Positions 58,828 through 64,000 of a DNA stretch of 64,000 bases are shown here, one piece after another. The DNA lies in the NCBI GenBank assembly GCA_963677595.1, contig OY782041.1, positions 3,712,001 to 3,776,000 of the forward strand, written 5' to 3'. The translations under genes and the position numbers were made by a program. The notes under the pieces were generated by a model. That model had not been told where the DNA came from and ran no database searches. It worked only from the letters and a program-made list of their open reading frames with translations. The DNA is from Spirochaetia bacterium (lineage in GTDB: Bacteria > Spirochaetota > Spirochaetia > CAKZLE01). The number at the start of each line of letters is the position of its first letter. The stretch's first letter is position 1.

Positions 58828-60126
58828 ATGCAGAAAGTATATACAAGGATTGATTCGATTTCAGGTAACGTGATCACGGTCTCCGCACAGGGCGTGAGGA
58901 ATCAGGACCTTGCTGTCGTGAGCACGAAGGACGGGGAATCACTGGCGAGCGTCATCAAGCTCGACGGGGACTCCGTCTCATTGCAGGTGTTCGCAGGGGG
59001 CAGGGGTATATCGACAGGGGACACGGTCAGGTTTCTCGGCCACCCGATGCAGGTATCGTTCACCGACAACCTCATGGGGCGCGTCTTCGACGGGAGCGGC
59101 CACCCGAGGGACAACGGCCCGGAACTCACCGAGAACATGATCCCCATCGGCGGGCCGTCGGTCAACCCGGCGAAACGAATCGTCGCATCGAAGATGATCC
59201 GTACCGGAATACCGATGATCGACGTCTTCAACACCCTCGTCGAGTCACAGAAGCTACCGATCTTCTCCGTATCGGGGGAGCCCTACAATGAGCTGCTCTC
59301 ACGGATCGCCATGCAGGCCGAGGTCGACCTGATCATCCTCGGCGGTATGGGACTCAAGTATGATGACTACCTCACCTTCAGGGAGACCCTCGAGGAGGGC
59401 GGGGCGATGAGCAGGACGATCTTCTTCGTCCATACCGCAGCCGACCCGACCGTCGAGTGTATGCTCGTCCCCGATATATCCCTCGCGGTCGCGGAACAGT
59501 TCGCGCTGCAGGGGAAGCGGGTTCTCGTGTTGCTCACCGACATGACGAACTTCTCCGACTCCCTCAAGGAGATCGCGATCACCATGGACCAGGTACCCTC
59601 GAACCGAGGGTATCCCGGGGACCTCTACAGCTCGCTGGCCTCACGATATGAGAAGGCTGTCGACTTCGAGGGTGCCGGCTCGGTCACCATCCTCGCTGTG
59701 ACGACCATGCCCGGGGATGACGTCACCCATCCGGTACCTGACAATACCGGGTACATCACGGAGGGCCAGTACTACCTGAAGAACGGGAGGATCGAGCCCT
59801 TCGGTTCCCTCTCGCGACTGAAGCAGCAGGTGAACAAGGACACCCGTGACGACCACCGTTCGCTGATGGATGGTATGATCAAGCTCTATGCAGCCTTCAA
59901 GGAGTCCATGGAGAAGAAGTCCATGGGATTCCAGATGTCTGACTGGGACAACAAGCTCATCCGCTATGGCAGCCTCTTCGAGAAGGAGATGATGGACCTG
60001 TCGGTCAACGTCCCGCTCGAGAAGGCCCTCGACAAGGGCTGGGAGATCCTTGCCGCAACGCTCACTCCTGAGGAGACGGGCCTGAGGACGGAATTGGTCA
60101 TGAAGCACTGGCCGAAAGAATCGTAA
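58828..60126 (+). CDS. ntpB: V/A-type ATPase subunit B
   Basis: [30 protein letters not shown]. Confidence 0.97.
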   Translation: MQKVYTRIDSISGNVITVSAQGVRNQDLAVVSTKDGESLASVIKLDGDSVSLQVFAGGRGISTGDTVRFLGHPMQVSFTDNLMGRVFDGSGHPRDNGPELTENMIPIGGPSVNPAKRIVASKMIRTGIPMIDVFNTLVESQKLPIFSVSGEPYNELLSRIAMQAEVDLIILGGMGLKYDDYLTFRETLEEGGAMSRTIFFVHTAADPTVECMLVPDISLAVAEQFALQGKRVLVLLTDMTNFSDSLKEIAITMDQVPSNRGYPGDLYSSLASRYEKAVDFEGAGSVTILAVTTMPGDDVTHPVPDNTGYITEGQYYLKNGRIEPFGSLSRLKQQVNKDTRDDHRSLMDGMIKLYAAFKESMEKKSMGFQMSDWDNKLIRYGSLFEKEMMDLSVNVPLEKALDKGWEILAATLTPEETGLRTELVMKHWPKES

Positions 60127-60145
60127 GAAGTAGAAGGATCTGCAC

Positions 60146-60760
60146 ATGGCATCAGTCAAGTTGACGAAGACAGAATTGAAGAAACAGAAGGACCAGCTGA
60201 AACGCTACAACCGGTACCTCCCGACCCTGCTGCTCAAGAAGCAGCAGCTCCAGCTGGTGATCAGGAAACTCGAACAGGAGATCCTTGATTACCGCAGGAA
60301 GCAGGAACAGGTGCACCGGTCTCTGCTGCACTGGGTCCATGTCTTCGGTGAGAATCTGCAGTTCCCGGAAGATATGAGGCTCGAACATCTCGTGAAGGTC
60401 GATTCCATCATCAAGCGAAAGGGGAACATAGCGGGGGTGACCATACCGATCTTCGAGGAACTTACCTTCGTCGATATCTCCTACGACCTGCGGGTATACC
60501 CGCTGTGGGTCGACCAGGGGATCGCTTCCCTGCGCGATATCGCCCAGTTCGACGCGATGATCTCCGTGCTCGAGAAGCAGATAGAGCTCCTCGGGAACGA
60601 GCTGCGCACCACGTCCCAGCGGGTCAACCTGTTCGAGAAGATCAAGATCCCTGAATCGAAGGATAATATACGAAGGATCTCCATCGCGCTTGGGGACCAG
60701 CAGACAGCATCTGTCGTCCGTGGAAAGATAGCCAAGGGCAAACTTACAAAGGTTTCATGA
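60146..60760 (+). CDS. ntpD: V/A-type ATPase subunit D
   Basis: TKTELK..LKKQQL, TSQRVNLFEK..IP. Confidence 0.95.
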   Translation: MASVKLTKTELKKQKDQLKRYNRYLPTLLLKKQQLQLVIRKLEQEILDYRRKQEQVHRSLLHWVHVFGENLQFPEDMRLEHLVKVDSIIKRKGNIAGVTIPIFEELTFVDISYDLRVYPLWVDQGIASLRDIAQFDAMISVLEKQIELLGNELRTTSQRVNLFEKIKIPESKDNIRRISIALGDQQTASVVRGKIAKGKLTKVS

Positions 60761-60761
60761 C

Positions 60762-62618
60762 ATGATAGTACCTATGAAGAAGATTTCGGTCTTCATGAAA
60801 GATGTAGAGAAAGTCACCGCACTTCGCCGCCTGCGCAAAATGGGCGTCATGCACATCAACGCGACGCGGGTGAAGTCGGAACGGATCGATGAGCTCAACA
60901 GGCACCGCGACGACTTCCGGAAGATCTGCGACAGGATCGGGGAGACCTACGATGAGGCGCTCAAGAAGAGCCAGCACCGTGTCGAGGAGGTGATCCGGTT
61001 CGAGGAAGCGCTCCACAAGCGGAAGCGGCTCCTCGAGAGCATCGCCGACGAGCACGAGCTCACCCTCAAGGTGATCGAGACAGAAGCCGAGATCGAGAGG
61101 ATCTCCTCCTGGGGAGATTTCTCGCCTGAGGACCTCAAGGCGCTCTCCGAGCACGGGATCGAGCTCACCCTTTATACCGTAAAGAACTCGGTGCTCGAGG
61201 AATCGGATGATTTCGAGTTCATCAGGCTGCATGAGGGGAAACATGCCTCCTCCATCGCCGTTCTGGGCAGGAAACTGCCGACGAACCCCGAATTCCATCA
61301 GTTCCAGCTTCCCCGGAAGAGCCTTTCTGAGTTGAGGACCTCCATCGAGTTCTACCAGCAGGGCATCAAGCAGATCCATGGGCTGTTCATCGACGAGGCC
61401 CGCTACCTCATCTGCTACCGGGACATCATCCGGCGGATCGATGAGGAACTCATCTTCGAGTCAGCCCATTACAGCATGGACGGCAACGGCGATATCGCCT
61501 GGATCACCGGTTTCATGCCGGAAGAGCGGCAGCAGGATCTCATGGAGCTTGCCAGGAAAGAATCCTGGGGACTCCTGATAGATGACGTGAAGGAAGGAGA
61601 CCAGGTACCGACCCAGCTCAAGAACAACCGGGTCGTCAGGATGATCGAGCCGATCTTCGACATCCTCGGGATCGTACCCGGCTATCGTGAGTACGACCTG
61701 AGCCTCTTCTTCCTGCTCTTCTTCTCGGTGTTCTTCGCCATGATCATCGGAGATGCCGGCTACGGCCTCATCTTCCTTTCAGGAGCCGTTGGGCTTCATA
61801 TAGCGACAAGGAAGATGACCGAACCGCTGAAGCTCATCTATGTGCTCAGCACGACGACGGTCATCTGGGGGGCGGTGACCGGTACCTGGTTCGGGTCTGA
61901 TGCACTGCTCGAGTCAGTGCCGCTGCTTAAACGCCTCGTCATCCCGACGATAGCCACCTTCCCGGAGCTCTTTGAGGTCACATCGAAAGAAGCCCAGATG
62001 AGTGTCATCTTCATCAGCTTCGTCCTCGGTATCGTGCAGCTGAGCATCGCCTGCATCATCAACTTCTTCCGGGAACTCCCTGAACTGAAGTCACTTGCAC
62101 AGCTTGGCTGGATGCTCATGCTCATCGGGCTCTACTTCCTGGTGCTGAACCTGGTCATCGGTATCGACTTCCCGGCATTCGCGCAGTACCTGATCGTGAT
62201 CGGCCTGGCCGTATTCGTGCTCTTCTCACAGCAAGAGAAGGGGAAATCAGTCATCAAGGGCATGCTCTCAGGCCTTGCAGGCCTGTTCAACACCTTCCTT
62301 GATGCGATCAGCGGCTTCTCGAACATCATATCGTACATCAGGCTCTTCGCTGTCGGTATGGCCTCGGTAGCCATCGCCTCGAGCTTCAATGAGATGGCTG
62401 CCCCGATGCTCGGGGGCTGGACGATCCCCGCAGCCATCCTGATCCTTGTCTTCGGTCATGGTCTCAACCTGATCATGGGCCTGTTATCGGTGGTCGTACA
62501 TGGGATACGACTCAATATGTTGGAGTTTTCCGGTCAGCTTGGAATGGAATGGACCGGTATCAAATATGAACCTTTTAAAGAGACGATCGACTCCTCTTTA
62601 GAAGAAACGAGTAATTAA
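60762..62618 (+). CDS. ntpI: V/A-type ATPase subunit I (a)
   Basis: IGDAGYG, SYIRLFAVG, VHGIRLNMLEF. Confidence 0.95.
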   Translation: MIVPMKKISVFMKDVEKVTALRRLRKMGVMHINATRVKSERIDELNRHRDDFRKICDRIGETYDEALKKSQHRVEEVIRFEEALHKRKRLLESIADEHELTLKVIETEAEIERISSWGDFSPEDLKALSEHGIELTLYTVKNSVLEESDDFEFIRLHEGKHASSIAVLGRKLPTNPEFHQFQLPRKSLSELRTSIEFYQQGIKQIHGLFIDEARYLICYRDIIRRIDEELIFESAHYSMDGNGDIAWITGFMPEERQQDLMELARKESWGLLIDDVKEGDQVPTQLKNNRVVRMIEPIFDILGIVPGYREYDLSLFFLLFFSVFFAMIIGDAGYGLIFLSGAVGLHIATRKMTEPLKLIYVLSTTTVIWGAVTGTWFGSDALLESVPLLKRLVIPTIATFPELFEVTSKEAQMSVIFISFVLGIVQLSIACIINFFRELPELKSLAQLGWMLMLIGLYFLVLNLVIGIDFPAFAQYLIVIGLAVFVLFSQQEKGKSVIKGMLSGLAGLFNTFLDAISGFSNIISYIRLFAVGMASVAIASSFNEMAAPMLGGWTIPAAILILVFGHGLNLIMGLLSVVVHGIRLNMLEFSGQLGMEWTGIKYEPFKETIDSSLEETSN

Positions 62619-62636
62619 TTAGGAAAGGAGATATGT

Positions 62637-63065
62637 ATGGGTTTTAATTTTGGAGATCTTGGTCCCGCTGCAGCTCTATGTCTTGCAGCAGTCGGTTCTG
62701 CCCTGGGAGCCGGGTTCGCGGCTCAGGCTGCCGTCGGAGGTTGGAAGAAATGTTTCGCTAACAACAAACCTGCTCCGTTCATGCTCGTCGCGTTCGCAGG
62801 GGCTCCCCTGACACAGACGATCTACGGGTTCCTGCTGATGAACTTCATCTCCGGCAGTACCCAGGAGGCCGGGATCAAACTCGCTGCCGGCTTGTTCGGT
62901 GGTTTGGCCATGGGTGCTTCTGCCATGATGCAGGGTAAGGCTGCAGCCAGTGCCGCAGCGGCTCTCAGTGAGACCGGTAAGGGTACTGCCAACTACTTCA
63001 TGGTACTCGGTATCGTCGAGACGGTGGCACTCTTCGTCATGGTCTTCCTGATGCTGACCCTGTAG
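62637..63065 (+). CDS. ntpK: V/A-type ATPase subunit K (c), 4-TM
   Basis: PLTQTIYG, MMQG, IVETVALF. Confidence 0.95.
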   Translation: MGFNFGDLGPAAALCLAAVGSALGAGFAAQAAVGGWKKCFANNKPAPFMLVAFAGAPLTQTIYGFLLMNFISGSTQEAGIKLAAGLFGGLAMGASAMMQGKAAASAAAALSETGKGTANYFMVLGIVETVALFVMVFLMLTL

Positions 63066-63087
63066 GAAGCGATTTCTTTTAGAAAAT

Positions 63088-63118
63088 GGTTGTATCATTC
63101 GGTACAACCTTTTTTTTT
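63088..63118 (+). terminator. Rho-independent terminator of the ATPase operon
   Basis: GGTTGTATC/GGTACAACC stem followed by T9. Confidence 0.85.
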
Positions 63119-63140
63119 ATTGTGGTATATTTCTCTTAGT

Positions 63141-64000
63141 ATGGTAAGACAGAGAACAAGAGAAGTGAACATAGGCCCCCTCACGATCGGCGGGAACCAT
63201 CCCGTAGCCGTGCAGACGATGTGGGACCGTCCCGTAGAGGACGCTGCCGCTGTCGTCACCGAGCTGAACAGCCTCGCAGCCATCGGCTGCGACCTCGTCA
63301 GGTTCTCGGTAGAGCATGAGGATGCGCTCATCCCCCTTGGCTACATCCATGAGCATGCGTCCATACCGGTCGTTGCCGATATCCATTTCAACTACCGGCA
63401 TGCACTCGCGGCATTGAAGCTCGGTATCCCCAAGATCCGGATCAATCCCGGGAATATCGGGGCCGAATGGAAGGTCGTCGAGGTCATCGAGGCTGCACGT
63501 GCTGCCGGCAGTGCCATAAGGATCGGGATCAACGGCGGGTCACTGCCGAGGGCCTATAAGCAGGCAGAGGACCGTGCTGCTGCCATGATCGAAGTCATCG
63601 ACGGCTACCTCGAACTCTTCGAGCGGCACCGGTTCGACCAGCTCGTCGTCTCCCTGAAGGATTCGGACCCGCTCACCTGTTATGAGGTGAACAGGCGATT
63701 CGCATCAGCCTATGACATACCGCTCCACATCGGTGTCACCGAGGCAGGGCCGCTCATCCCCGCAGTCACGAAGAGTGCGTTCGCCCTCGGGAAACTCCTC
63801 GAGGAGGGTATCGGCGATACCCTGCGCATATCGATCACGGGGGACATACGCAGTGAGGTCATCGCCGGGAAGGAACTCCTGAAGGCTGTCGGGAGGTATT
63901 CCGGCGGTGTGCGCATCATCTCCTGTCCACGGTGCGGCAGGGCAGGATTCAATACCCATGATTTCATCGAGAGCATAAGTGAGCGTCTCGAACAGATACC
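63141..64000 (+). CDS. ispG: (E)-4-hydroxy-3-methylbut-2-enyl-diphosphate synthase (3'-partial)
   Basis: Translated by hand: IGGNHPVAVQTM, VADIHF, RINPGNIG, PLHIGVTEAG, ISCPRCGR; absent from the ORF track because it has no stop in the window. Confidence 0.95.
   Translation, partial: MVRQRTREVNIGPLTIGGNHPVAVQTMWDRPVEDAAAVVTELNSLAAIGCDLVRFSVEHEDALIPLGYIHEHASIPVVADIHFNYRHALAALKLGIPKIRINPGNIGAEWKVVEVIEAARAAGSAIRIGINGGSLPRAYKQAEDRAAAMIEVIDGYLELFERHRFDQLVVSLKDSDPLTCYEVNRRFASAYDIPLHIGVTEAGPLIPAVTKSAFALGKLLEEGIGDTLRISITGDIRSEVIAGKELLKAVGRYSGGVRIISCPRCGRAGFNTHDFIESISERLEQI

Overview
The window is gene-dense core chromosome, most likely from a GC-rich spirochaete (inferred from gene order and protein families, no database search run). 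It carries rpsF-ssb-rpsR-DUF2232-rplI-dnaB, rpsB-tsf-frr-uppS-cdsA-dxr-rseP, smc-ffh-rpsP-khpA-rimM-trmD-rplS, coaD-rpmF-acpP-rnc, metG/ileS/hisS, a seven-gene V/A-type ATPase operon, hflKC, aroDE/aroB, thiI with a cysteine desulfurase, hrpA, cca, pcnB and a partial ispG. A small accessory patch (1-3.6 kb) lies around a tRNA-Gly. I saw no CRISPR array, integrase or transposase. The most notable observations are: (1) an XPB helicase coupled to a partner whose middle domain resembles TFIIH p52/Tfb2 and whose C-terminus looks WYL-like; (2) about ten genes whose sigma70 -10 box sits only 6-9 nt before the start codon, suggesting widespread leaderless mRNAs; (3) an unannotated 32-aa bS22-like ribosomal protein gene with its own promoter; (4) a short SMC with no recognisable hinge; (5) an orphan hicB with its operator intact; (6) a likely S6:S18 leader RNA. 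All protein assignments come from motif recognition by eye.
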